From a virus (Duplodnaviria > Caudoviricetes), in the IMG/VR virus record IMGVR_UViG_3300035561_000031, positions 1 through 24,279 of that record: a DNA stretch of 24,279 nucleotides; one strand, written 5' to 3'. Below, piece by piece: positions 1 through 9,586 of the stretch (its first letter is position 1; each line of letters starts with the position of its first letter). The notes beneath the pieces are model-generated. The model worked only from the letters and a program-made list of their open reading frames with translations. It was not told the DNA's origin and made no database searches. A program made the translations under genes and the position numbers.

Positions 1-1200
1 ATCGTGTGCTACCGCTAATACCGAGCCGTCAGGTGTAAGTGCGACTCCAAAGCCGTTGTTAGTGGGCAGTGTTGCTGGGTTAGGTCTCTTGACCCATGCT
101 CCTTCTAGCCAGTCATAGGTTGTGATGTACGGGGAGCCAGAGTGTGCTACCGCTAATACCGAGCCGTCAGGTGTAAGTGCGACTCCATAGCCGTAGTTGT
201 TCCCGGGCAGTGTTGCTGGGTTATTTAACTTAAAGTTGAATGCCCGACCTACTTGCTTCAGCACCGCCTCGGTCACAGTACCATTTACCTTTGCTACTAT
301 TGAGTCCTGCTTAATATTCTTTGACGGAAGTAAGAAGTCTTTCTGCGCCCCGTCGCCGACTCCAACAGGAACATCTTCATAAGGCTGTCCCGTAAAGACT
401 CCAGTCAATGGTAGCGTTATTCTAAATAACGGACTCCCTGTTCCTGAGCCAAAACTCGCTTCCATAATATCGCCATTACCTGTATTGGTTCCAAAACGTA
501 CTGCAGGGGTAACGACTGTTTTTGTAGATGCGTTCTTTATCCAGTTGGCATTTGATACTGACCCAGATGTTCCAAACGTTTCAGCAGCACCGTTACCAGG
601 ACTTGTTTCAAACGTAGGTAAGTCTGATGGTCCTACATAAAAGTAACATGTTGGGAAAGATGAACCCCCTACAAGATAGTTTACTAATGGATTGTTATTA
701 GGCATTCCACATAGTTCTACATTGTCTGAAGAGAATGTAACAAATACCGTAGCAAATATAGTTACAACATCTGTGGCGGTCTTTAAAACACTTATAGTAT
801 TTCCTTCAGCATCTTTAAGCATTGCATGCGTAACAAGGTTAGAAGAGCCTGTTCCATATGCTATACCTACCTCAGTTAAGTTCTGATCTACAAATTCCTC
901 TGGGTTTAGAACTATTTGTCGTCTCCAGCTGGATACAGGTAACTCTTTAATTACTTCTGTATTAGTTGCTGCCTTCTGTCCTAACCAGGTAAACAGCGTG
1001 GTACGGGTAGGGTCTAATGAACCATTACCAGTTCCAAAGTGAATGTTAGTAAAGTATGAATTGAAGTTAACTAGCCTAGTCCACATAGCATTAAGAACTA
1101 TGTTATATGCGGTTACTTCTTGTTTAAGTTCGCCCGTTATAGCGTCCCTAACTTCAATATCAAACTTATTATGAATTGAAACATTTTGAATTACTTTCAT
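1..1200 (-). CDS. Tail fibre / receptor-binding protein, 3'-truncated by the window edge; C-terminal beta-propeller-like repeats
   Basis: Missing from the ORF track because there is no stop in the window. ATG at 1200 follows AGGAGG. Hand translation gives MKVIQNVSIHNKFDIEVRDAITGELKQEVTAYNIVLN... through to repeats NPATLPxNNxGxGVALTPDGSVLAVAH, in the same frame down to base 1. Last gene of the tail module in this window. Confidence 0.8.
   Translation of the reverse strand, partial: MKVIQNVSIHNKFDIEVRDAITGELKQEVTAYNIVLNAMWTRLVNFNSYFTNIHFGTGNGSLDPTRTTLFTWLGQKAATNTEVIKELPVSSWRRQIVLNPEEFVDQNLTEVGIAYGTGSSNLVTHAMLKDAEGNTISVLKTATDVVTIFATVFVTFSSDNVELCGMPNNNPLVNYLVGGSSFPTCYFYVGPSDLPTFETSPGNGAAETFGTSGSVSNANWIKNASTKTVVTPAVRFGTNTGNGDIMEASFGSGTGSPLFRITLPLTGVFTGQPYEDVPVGVGDGAQKDFLLPSKNIKQDSIVAKVNGTVTEAVLKQVGRAFNFKLNNPATLPGNNYGYGVALTPDGSVLAVAHSGSPYITTYDWLEGAWVKRPNPATLPTNNGFGVALTPDGSVLAVAHD
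4..221. repeat. Intragenic direct repeat with a 138-bp (46-aa) period
   Basis: 4-49 and 142-187 are identical over 46 bp. A second block, gggcagtgttgctgggtt, is also shared. Only the short loop between the blocks differs. Confidence 0.9.
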
Positions 1201-1216
1201 AAATCTTCTTACCTCC

Positions 1217-3298
1217 TTATAGTGGTTCTGTACCAACATTAGTAACAACAATTGAGACCATGTTGCTGTTGGCTGAAATATTCTCTATACCGTATCTATC
1301 TCTATAATAAACCTGAGTAGCTATGAACGTTACCGATACATCGTTAACTGAGATGTTCTCGCTAGCATGACCTGTAGGAGGTTCTTTCAAAGCTTCGAAT
1401 GGTAAGGTAGTGTTTGGAATAGCAAAATGTACATTATCTGATACAACAGTTAGAGCAGGTACGAGGTTATCAACCGTTATTCCGTTATTGTATACTAACG
1501 ACATAGGATTCTTAGCTGCCGCAAAATTAACTGTATTAAGAACCAATTCAAACTGTGTTTCCCCTGCTTCTGTAGAAAGTATTTGATAAGTCACATTATT
1601 CGCATCTGTAAGTGTAAAGTAGTTTTGTTTACCTGCTAATGTTTCAAACAACTTTTCACTGAATGTTACATATATGGCAGTAGTCTCATTCATTATATTA
1701 GTAGCCTCTACTATATACGGACTTATCGGTTTGGCACATCCAATATATAAATCTTGCACAGTACTAGATATATGTTCTGCCGTATAAAAGTTAGCATAAT
1801 TAAGAGCGGTTACTATAATATTTAAGTCTTGGACAGTACTTCTGATGTTCTCAGGCAATACTGCGCCAGCTATATACATTCTAGTAGTTATCAACCACTT
1901 ATTTCCATTTGGTGAAGAACTTACTATACCTATCCTATAGTCATTCAGTCTATGAATATGAATAGCGGTTATATCAGTTCCTAGTTGAGGTAGTTCACGT
2001 TCCTTTTCCCAAGCATAGTTTCCAAAGGGTTGTATACAATAGTTTCTATAATATGCTAAGCCGTCTCGTACATAAACTACAACAAGTCCTTGGTCCTGTT
2101 CGGTGAACTCTTCGGATTTAAAGCCTCTTACAGCTTTAACCTGTGATACATCTGTTGCAAATATGAAAGCATCCAAATTATATGGTCCATATTGAGCTCT
2201 AAGATTACCTACTAAATCCACCCAGAATACCCACGGATGTTCCTCACATAGTAGTGTAAAATAGTCTTGCCCTATTGGTCTATACCATATACCATTAAAC
2301 TCTATAGCAGCATTTGTACCTTCTGCATACTGATACATATGTTCCCAAGCAACAACTCCTTGCTCAGTATAAGGACGTCTTCTAACACGGATAATATTAT
2401 CTCTATCTACTCCAACAGCATAAATGAAGGATGGCGAGCTCTCTGTAGAAAGTCTTCTTACAGATATATCTTGAATGTCAGTATCTATATCTATATGACG
2501 TTGAGCTAGGTAGCCAGCATCAATAGTGTAGAGTATATCTCTAGTATTAAATGAAAGTGTTCCAATTGTACATTGAGCTGTTACAGTAAAAGTATGCAAT
2601 CCAAGTAATCGTTTAAGATAAGCATGTGGAACGCCTAGACTACCTTTACCTTTCAAAACATCAAACAGTAAGGGAGCAAACAATTCTGTTCCATTGTTAT
2701 CTTTACATCGTATAGTAATTGTACAAGCGTCCGACGCAATATATGTTATCTGTAATTGTCCTCTAACGTCTATATTTTCTAATAGTCTAGCAGATATTAA
2801 AGCTATAGTCTCTTCTCTCTGTGAAACAACTATTGTAGAAGTATTATAGTCTGCTAACAATCTAGGAAGCTTAGCCTCTACTTCTGTTAAGTCTACAATC
2901 TCTGAAACTGGAGCATATAGCGCCCATGAATGAACTTGAATATTTTCCTCGGATATTAGTGAGAAACGACAAGAGACATATTCTGTAGAAGTTGTACTTA
3001 TCTCAACTGTGCATGTGCCATTTTTTATCTCCACTAAAGGGACGGTGTACTCAAAATAGGTTCCATCAGTTGCTTCAATAGTTAACTTAGCAAATGCCGT
3101 AGGAGCATACGTGTTGGTGTAGTTATCTACGATTAAGCTAAGCATCATTATACTAGGTATAGATAGTAATCTAGTCTGCTTTATTTCAGTGGTAGCTACT
3201 CCATCCGCGTATAGATTTATAGTAGCTGAAGTCATATCGGCATTAGTTAAGTTCCAATCAGCAGGTTGTATAGATAAAATATTTTCGCCATATATCAT
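1217..3298 (-). CDS. Minor tail / baseplate structural protein (693 aa, beta-rich, probable Ig-like domain near the C-terminus)
   Basis: Long ORF abutting the upstream gene, between the hub-like gene and the fibre gene. Beta-strand-rich sequence. Function inferred from position. Confidence 0.65.
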   Translation of the reverse strand: MIYGENILSIQPADWNLTNADMTSATINLYADGVATTEIKQTRLLSIPSIMMLSLIVDNYTNTYAPTAFAKLTIEATDGTYFEYTVPLVEIKNGTCTVEISTTSTEYVSCRFSLISEENIQVHSWALYAPVSEIVDLTEVEAKLPRLLADYNTSTIVVSQREETIALISARLLENIDVRGQLQITYIASDACTITIRCKDNNGTELFAPLLFDVLKGKGSLGVPHAYLKRLLGLHTFTVTAQCTIGTLSFNTRDILYTIDAGYLAQRHIDIDTDIQDISVRRLSTESSPSFIYAVGVDRDNIIRVRRRPYTEQGVVAWEHMYQYAEGTNAAIEFNGIWYRPIGQDYFTLLCEEHPWVFWVDLVGNLRAQYGPYNLDAFIFATDVSQVKAVRGFKSEEFTEQDQGLVVVYVRDGLAYYRNYCIQPFGNYAWEKERELPQLGTDITAIHIHRLNDYRIGIVSSSPNGNKWLITTRMYIAGAVLPENIRSTVQDLNIIVTALNYANFYTAEHISSTVQDLYIGCAKPISPYIVEATNIMNETTAIYVTFSEKLFETLAGKQNYFTLTDANNVTYQILSTEAGETQFELVLNTVNFAAAKNPMSLVYNNGITVDNLVPALTVVSDNVHFAIPNTTLPFEALKEPPTGHASENISVNDVSVTFIATQVYYRDRYGIENISANSNMVSIVVTNVGTEPL

Positions 3299-4615
3299 TT
3301 ACACAACCTCCTCTAAGATAGAGCTATTCATAAGAGTCATTTCACATGAAAGACCTCCATCATAATTGTAAGACATGCGCTGTATAACCCCATCAAAAAA
3401 TAAGTTGTAATTAGCGCTATTGACCTGAACCCTATCTCCTATATTAAGTAATGGGTTACCTCTAATAGAAAGGGATAAGAATGGTACAGGACTATTTACA
3501 ACGTTCTCTAAAAGTTCTCTGTACTTCATAGCATGCTCTATCGTTTGAATATACCTGCTTTTCACTTTAAGCAACGTAGCGCTATTATCAGATATTACAA
3601 CATCTGTAAAAATAACAGGTATACCATATACAGAAAGTGAGGCCGCTACACTCACTTGTGATGGATTCATTATTTCAAAACTTAACAACTGAGAAGAAGC
3701 CGTATAAGTAACTAATGATACCTTCTCTAGTGTACTCTGTATATCTACAAGAGTATGTTTTAGAACAGGTGTTGAAGAGCTTGCTATGTTCAATATCTTA
3801 GTAGTTCCAGGAGCTACTTCTATATCAGTTAGTTCGACTAGCTTACTAACTTCTGTGTAGCTCGGTATAACGTATGTCAACTCTACTCCTTCATAAGTCT
3901 TTGTTGTAGATTGTTTAGCATTGACTACTTTAATCTGGTCTGCATCAGTTAAGACAGCTCTAACAGGTCTGTTGCTTATAAAAGGTGAGATTACTGGTCT
4001 ACCTGCCTTATCGCAAGTGCAAAAAGCAAGTGCACCAGTAAGCATTTCCTGTGTAAAGTCTAAAGGCGTGCCTTCTATAAAAGCAACAGGTAATACTTCT
4101 GTTAATTCTTCGCTTACTTGAATAGAATGCCCCATTAAATCATACACACCATAAAGCATTTCATTAAAAGGTAAAGACAACGCTACAGGATAGTTGGGAG
4201 CAGCGCTGCTAAATATCTGATACCATTGGTCATTAGTTATGACGTCAGCATATGTACCAGTAATAGCTACCTCCCAATCAGTAACGAAGTATTCGCCCAG
4301 TTGCTCCCACTCAGTACCTTCTACGTTAATATATGGTATAACTTTTATCCCATTCCTAATCTTACCAAAATATGGTGAAGATGGATTGGTTGGACTAAAT
4401 ATTCCATTATCGTTATAAAGTCTAAAACTAAGTTCATTAGAAGACACAGCGCCAAAAGGATTCGAAGAATCCGCTGAACCTTCTTCTAACCAAGAAGAGT
4501 CTATAAGATAGTTTTGTTTAGTCACTTCCAAAGGTGTCTCGTCTAAATATATGTCTAAGCGCATAGATATTTCTCTACTGGCAGCATTGAAATCTGCATC
4601 TACTAAAGGTCTCAC
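3299..4615 (-). CDS. Baseplate hub / Tal-like tail protein (438 aa)
   Basis: GTG start with RBS AAGGAGGTG. Second gene after the tape measure. C-terminal motif RGNPLLNIGDRVQV...GVIQRMSYNYDGGL is typical of siphophage hub proteins. Confidence 0.7.
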   Translation of the reverse strand: MRPLVDADFNAASREISMRLDIYLDETPLEVTKQNYLIDSSWLEEGSADSSNPFGAVSSNELSFRLYNDNGIFSPTNPSSPYFGKIRNGIKVIPYINVEGTEWEQLGEYFVTDWEVAITGTYADVITNDQWYQIFSSAAPNYPVALSLPFNEMLYGVYDLMGHSIQVSEELTEVLPVAFIEGTPLDFTQEMLTGALAFCTCDKAGRPVISPFISNRPVRAVLTDADQIKVVNAKQSTTKTYEGVELTYVIPSYTEVSKLVELTDIEVAPGTTKILNIASSSTPVLKHTLVDIQSTLEKVSLVTYTASSQLLSFEIMNPSQVSVAASLSVYGIPVIFTDVVISDNSATLLKVKSRYIQTIEHAMKYRELLENVVNSPVPFLSLSIRGNPLLNIGDRVQVNSANYNLFFDGVIQRMSYNYDGGLSCEMTLMNSSILEEVV

Positions 4616-4633
4616 AGTTCTTCACCTCCTTCT

Positions 4634-4990
4634 TTATTGTTCAATCAAATTAAAAGTTACATTTCTCCAAATCCAGTTTGTAGTTCTACCTGCTCTATGC
4701 AACTCTGTGGGAATAGAACCTACATACACGGTAGCTGTTTTAGTTGTACCGTTCTCAGTGTATGTTAGTGGAAAGAATAACTCATTTGTTTCCCAGATAA
4801 GCTCAAGAATCTTATCTAAGTCATAACCACTTATTGCTTCATAAGTAAAGTAAAACTTATGCTTCTTAGCTATAAGGTCTCCGACCATCTTAGCATCTGC
4901 TAACCTCTCCATGTTAGTAACATTGTAGCGCTCAATCTTAAAATCGGAGGGGTTCTTAATAGCAACCCCACTCAATTGAAAGTTAGCCAT
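4634..4990 (-). CDS. Distal tail (Dit-like) protein, small DUF6711-like type (118 aa)
   Basis: Immediately follows the tape measure with a TAATG overlap. Motifs ERLADAKMVGDLIAKK, TATVYVG and W..VTFNLIEQ are typical of this small family. Confidence 0.7.
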   Translation of the reverse strand: MANFQLSGVAIKNPSDFKIERYNVTNMERLADAKMVGDLIAKKHKFYFTYEAISGYDLDKILELIWETNELFFPLTYTENGTTKTATVYVGSIPTELHRAGRTTNWIWRNVTFNLIEQ

Positions 4991-7900
4991 TAAACTCCCC
5001 TCCTTTGACTTTCATTAAGTTCAATTACATGCATCTTACGTTGAAGTTCTTTTAAACTACGTTCATCAGCAATTAGGGTACCAACATACAATGGCCGCAG
5101 GGCCTCGCTATCTGAGCCGCCCATTGAACCTCCTTGATTACCTGCTAATGCGGCGAAGGTAGGCATCAACCCTTGCATAATACCATTAGATATAGCGTTT
5201 ACAAACGGTTCCATTGCTGAATCGTTCTCAAGAGGAATCACCGCCTCAGCCTTGTTTCCCTCGGCAAACCTTGCAATATGCTCTCTTCTGAAAATACCCC
5301 CTGTTGCATGACCTGTCTTAACATTAGAACTTGAGTTTGTATAACTTGTATCAGTATTCTTAGCCTTGCTCTCAAGCCTGAAGAATTCTCTGAGCTTGCT
5401 AATACCATCGCTTATCCAGCCGAAGAATTTTCTAAACACATTGTTCCAAAGGTCATTTACCCAGTTCTTAAATGTATTATAGATATTAGATGTTCCATTC
5501 TTTACACCAGTCCAAAGGTCACTGAAGAAGTTCGTAAACTTATTGATGACATTAGCAACGAAATTAACTACAGAGCTTACTATGTTACTGAAGAGCTCCC
5601 CAACCTTACTAAAGAACTTAGAGAACCAGCTTGTAATGCTATTCCATATATTACCAAAGAACTCACCAATCTTTGAAACTATCTGACCAACCCAAGTTGT
5701 TAGCTTATTCCAAATGTCGCTGAAGAACGTCGCCACCTTGCCGACCACTTGACCGGCCCATTCAGTAAACTTGTTCCAGATGTCACTTAACCAAGTTGTG
5801 AACTTAGTCCACACATCACTTACCCATGTAGAGAAGCTATCCCAAATGTCACTAAAGAATCCTGAGACTGCTTCCCATATCTGACTGAAGAAACCTGAAA
5901 CAGCTTCCCAGATTTGACCAAACCATTCAGATATTTTATTCCATATATCTCCAAGCCATGTAGTGAACTTAGTCCAGATGTCACTTATCCAGGTTGAGAA
6001 CTTTTCCCACAAATCACTAAAGAATGTAGAGACTGCTGTCCATATATCGGTTACAATCTTAACTACAAGGTCTTTAATGAAGGAGAAGATTTCAGACAAG
6101 GTTTCCCAAATCTGAGTAGCAACTGTTACAACAGCAGTCTTAATATCATTCCACACAGTAGTGATACCAAGCCATATATCAGACATTACAGTTCCAATAA
6201 AACTGAAGAGATTATTGAATGCATCAATCAGCGGTGCAAATATATCTGATGCCCATTCAACAATACCATTCCACAAATCACTAAAGAATGTTGAAACAGT
6301 ATTCCAGATTCCACCAAAGAACTCACCAATCTTAGTGAATAAGTTGCTAAACCAACCAGAAACACTAGACCAGATATTCTTGAAGAAACCACCTATACCG
6401 GTCAGTACGTTGCCAAACCAAGTTTTAAGGTTAGTCCAAGCATCAGATAACCATTGACCAACATTTCCAAAGAACTCACCAATGGCTTTTCCTACATTAG
6501 CGAAGAACTCACCAATTGTACTGAATACTTCACCGAACCATTTTCCAACACCTTTGAACCAATCAACTATGGCATCCCAGTTGTCAACTATCAGGTCTAC
6601 TATCCAACCTACAAGTAAGCCAATAGCAGCACCAATAGCAGCACCAGCCGGACCACCGACAATCATACCAATACCTGCTCCAATAAGAGGTCCAAGGCTC
6701 ATTGCTATACCACCAGCATCCCAGTTACCATTTGTGAAACCGTCTATAAAGAGGTCAACTACATGACCTACAAGAGCACCAATTGCTCCACCGATAAGAG
6801 CTCCTAAAGGACCACCAATCAAGAAACCAATACCAGCACCTAGGCCAATACCAATCGGTAATCCAATGCCGGTCCAATCTCCTGTCTCAAGTCCTTTAGC
6901 AATCTTATCAATTATCCAGCCTACTAGAGCACCAATGGCTGCTCCTATTACAGCACCAAGGGGGCCCCCTGCAACCCATCCTATGGCGGCACCAAGAACT
7001 GTTGCAATAGGCAAGGCAATTTTACCAACGTCAGTAAGACCAAGAGCTTCTGCAATCTGAGGCCAGAACCAACCAACTAATGCGCCAATAGCCGCACCAA
7101 TCTTAGCCCCTAACGGTCCACCAATTAAGTAACCAAGAGCTGCTCCAAGCAAAGCACCAATACCAGCACTTAGTAGTTTCTCTTTCCCGCCTAAAGCTTC
7201 AAGCAGGTTATCTACAAAGTCAGTAGCAAAACCGTCAAAGCTCGGAATCTCAGGAATAAGAGCTTCACCCATACCACCGAAGTCAGGAAGTTCAAAATCG
7301 CCCCAATCAGTAAGACCACTATCAGTACCTTCATCAGGTTCATTAAGCTTGAAGACTTCATCAAATGAAAGTAGTCCTTTAGCAGCCTTTGTAGCTTTAC
7401 CTGTCTTATCTGCCAGACTATCCATTGCATCGCCTGTGCCAGATAACTTCTGATTAAACTTATCAAGGTCAGCCGCGCGCTCTTTCTGACTAGGAAGAAG
7501 TAATTTGTCAGGGTCAACTCCATTGAACTGAGTAAGCTTCTTAAAGAATCCATTGACAGCATCACCCAGCTTATTGAATCCGCCACTCAGACCAACGACA
7601 ACACCTACAAGTCCAATCAGTAGAGCCCAGAAAGGATGAGCAACTACAAAGGTTAGAGCTTTAGAAAGTCCAAGGACAGCTTTTGAAATCAAGTTTACAA
7701 CACCTGCAGAGGCGACGGCTTGAATCTTAAATATAATCCACATAGCTGCACAGGCAGCAAGCGCCATAGTTAAGAATCTAACTGCTTTTTCATTACTTAA
7801 AATAGCTTGAGTAATTCGGGCAGTAACATCAAGCACAGCAGTTACTACTGGAGCAAATGCATTAAAGACTCGGATAACAGCTTCAAGTACTATCTTAAAT

Positions 7901-8913
7901 ACTTTGAAAGCATTAGCCAAGTTAATCTTTACAACAGTCCATAGATTCATCAAGTTTGCAATGAACATTCTAACAGTTGCTTGCATCTCAGGTGGAATAA
8001 GTCTCTCGAACAAACCACCTAAGCCTTGAGTATCTACAATGTTTCTTAATTCAGTTACGAACTCAACGAAAGGAACAAGCAATGCCTTTATTCTATTGAA
8101 GAGAGGTTGAATCGCCTCCGAGCTAATCATCAAGAGGTTATCTTTTAGATTAGCAAACAATCCTTGCATTGTTAAGTTTGAAACTTGAGCAACACCACCG
8201 AAACGCTCGTTGATGCCATCTACAAGAGCATTGATAGCTACACTTGCAGGTACCGCATTCTTAGCAAGATTCTTAAGCTGGTCTTGTGTAAGACCTAACT
8301 TTTCTTGTAGAATCTCATAAGCAGGAATACCAGCTTCAGTAAGCTGTCTCATCTCTTCATTATATAGACGTCCTTTGGTATTTATCTGACCAAGTGCTCT
8401 TGACACAGATTCAATTGTTTGAGCACTACCAATCATAGTAGACGCTGATAAAACGCCCTGCATTACATACATGACGTTCTTATATTCAATTCCATATGCA
8501 AGAAGGCGCTTCGCTGCCTTCTCAGCTTCAGTGAAGCCAAAAGGTGTAACGGCAGCGAAGTCCTTCAATACATTGATAAACTCTGTAGCAAGTTCAGTAT
8601 TTCCGAACAAGTTAGAGTATGCTATTTGAGCATATTCAAGACTGCTTGCAAACTCCCATGTAGCACTGGTAGCATCTTTGATTTTACGCATGCCCTGATA
8701 GAATACTTGTGAAATTAAGATACCTTGAACAATTCTCTTAACATCAGTAAAGACGGTGTAAGTCTCCTTAGCTGGGTCTGCCATACCAGAGTTGATTGTA
8801 CCATTCATAGTACGAGCAAACTGATTCATCATCCCCGTGGCTGAGTTTAAGTTTGACGCAAAGTTCTGAATATTCAAATTAAGTCTTGCAGTTAAATCAG
8901 CGAAACTAGCCAA
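4990..8913 (-). CDS. Tail tape measure protein
   Basis: About 1307 aa. N-terminal tape-measure domain (FAAVTPF...ALGQINTKGRLYNEEMRQLTEAGIP), Gly/Ala-rich GGPLGA repeats, and 11/22-aa Trp/Phe-periodic repeats. Start moved from 8949 to TTG at 8913, which follows AAGGAGGTG. Confidence 0.95.
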   Translation of the reverse strand: MASFADLTARLNLNIQNFASNLNSATGMMNQFARTMNGTINSGMADPAKETYTVFTDVKRIVQGILISQVFYQGMRKIKDATSATWEFASSLEYAQIAYSNLFGNTELATEFINVLKDFAAVTPFGFTEAEKAAKRLLAYGIEYKNVMYVMQGVLSASTMIGSAQTIESVSRALGQINTKGRLYNEEMRQLTEAGIPAYEILQEKLGLTQDQLKNLAKNAVPASVAINALVDGINERFGGVAQVSNLTMQGLFANLKDNLLMISSEAIQPLFNRIKALLVPFVEFVTELRNIVDTQGLGGLFERLIPPEMQATVRMFIANLMNLWTVVKINLANAFKVFKIVLEAVIRVFNAFAPVVTAVLDVTARITQAILSNEKAVRFLTMALAACAAMWIIFKIQAVASAGVVNLISKAVLGLSKALTFVVAHPFWALLIGLVGVVVGLSGGFNKLGDAVNGFFKKLTQFNGVDPDKLLLPSQKERAADLDKFNQKLSGTGDAMDSLADKTGKATKAAKGLLSFDEVFKLNEPDEGTDSGLTDWGDFELPDFGGMGEALIPEIPSFDGFATDFVDNLLEALGGKEKLLSAGIGALLGAALGYLIGGPLGAKIGAAIGALVGWFWPQIAEALGLTDVGKIALPIATVLGAAIGWVAGGPLGAVIGAAIGALVGWIIDKIAKGLETGDWTGIGLPIGIGLGAGIGFLIGGPLGALIGGAIGALVGHVVDLFIDGFTNGNWDAGGIAMSLGPLIGAGIGMIVGGPAGAAIGAAIGLLVGWIVDLIVDNWDAIVDWFKGVGKWFGEVFSTIGEFFANVGKAIGEFFGNVGQWLSDAWTNLKTWFGNVLTGIGGFFKNIWSSVSGWFSNLFTKIGEFFGGIWNTVSTFFSDLWNGIVEWASDIFAPLIDAFNNLFSFIGTVMSDIWLGITTVWNDIKTAVVTVATQIWETLSEIFSFIKDLVVKIVTDIWTAVSTFFSDLWEKFSTWISDIWTKFTTWLGDIWNKISEWFGQIWEAVSGFFSQIWEAVSGFFSDIWDSFSTWVSDVWTKFTTWLSDIWNKFTEWAGQVVGKVATFFSDIWNKLTTWVGQIVSKIGEFFGNIWNSITSWFSKFFSKVGELFSNIVSSVVNFVANVINKFTNFFSDLWTGVKNGTSNIYNTFKNWVNDLWNNVFRKFFGWISDGISKLREFFRLESKAKNTDTSYTNSSSNVKTGHATGGIFRREHIARFAEGNKAEAVIPLENDSAMEPFVNAISNGIMQGLMPTFAALAGNQGGSMGGSDSEALRPLYVGTLIADERSLKELQRKMHVIELNESQRRGV

Positions 8914-8926
8914 GCTAACACCTCCT

Positions 8927-9214
8927 TTACCAATTAGGGATTTGGTCAATATATCCCGTAGTTACTTGCTGTTTTTTCATGGCCTTCTGCATAGCTTTTG
9001 CATCTCTGCTAGAAGAGTCTCCATTCATTTGCTGTTGCACATCTTGATGCACATCCAGCTGCGACTTAAACTTGCGAGGAGTCATATTCCATATCTCCTC
9101 TTCGGTGTAGTGTAACCAAACTCTCCCGACATATAAAATGTAGGGCCAATCCCACGCATCTCTTTCAACGAATGGATTGGCCCCAGCACTATTATCGGGA
9201 TTTAAGCGTTTGGG
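8927..9214 (-). CDS. Tail assembly chaperone gpGT C-terminal extension, reached by -1 frameshift
   Basis: Open -1 frame with no RBS or start of its own: NPDNSAGANPFVERDAWDWPYILYVGRVWLHYTEEEIWNMTPRKF...IPNW*. The W-x-M-T-P motif is typical of gpT parts. Confidence 0.85.
   Translation of the reverse strand, partial: PKRLNPDNSAGANPFVERDAWDWPYILYVGRVWLHYTEEEIWNMTPRKFKSQLDVHQDVQQQMNGDSSSRDAKAMQKAMKKQQVTTGYIDQIPNW
9124..9214 (-). promoter_or_regulatory. Programmed -1 ribosomal frameshift signal: slippery heptamer C CCA AAC plus a downstream stem-loop
   Basis: X XXY YYZ heptamer at 9208-9214, just before the gpG stop. A long hairpin starts 7 nt downstream: UCCCGAUA/UGUCGGGA outer stem and a 10-bp GGGCCAAUCC/GGAUUGGCCC inner stem. 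Confidence 0.85.
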
Positions 9215-9561
9215 TCCTGGTCACCATTCGGTACGGTCTCCTCTGCTTCTTTCGGCGTTAAGTCCTGCTCAAGCGCCAAGTTCAAGGAACCTACTAATTC
9301 CTGCATATAAGCTACATCGATAAGATTGCCGACTTCCTGTTCTGTCAGGTCAGGTGTTTCATGCAGAAAACCTGCCCAAAGGATACAGCGCAAGGCTTTC
9401 ATACTGTTCTCTTTCTCCAGCTTATCAAAAGCATTTTGAACAGAACCGTATCTATCCTCCAGCTCAGCCAAAGCATTCAGCGTAAACCTTACGGTACGCT
9501 GAACGCCGTCACTGAGGGCAATCTTAATTGTCTTACTCTTCACATCAGCTACATTAGACAT
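9202..9561 (-). CDS. Tail assembly chaperone (gpG-like, 119 aa)
   Basis: Motifs RFTLNALAELEDRYGS and ALRCILWAGFLHE...LTEQEVG. Lies between the major tail protein and the tape measure. RBS AAGGAGG. Confidence 0.9.
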   Translation of the reverse strand: MSNVADVKSKTIKIALSDGVQRTVRFTLNALAELEDRYGSVQNAFDKLEKENSMKALRCILWAGFLHETPDLTEQEVGNLIDVAYMQELVGSLNLALEQDLTPKEAEETVPNGDQDPNA

Positions 9562-9586
9562 TAAGATTTCCTCCTTCTAACGATTT

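Noticed and set aside
5400-7170. Near-repeats within the tape measure gene, considered as an array
   Set aside because: These are ordinary coding 11/22-aa and GGPLGA repeats of tape measure proteins, not CRISPR-like.
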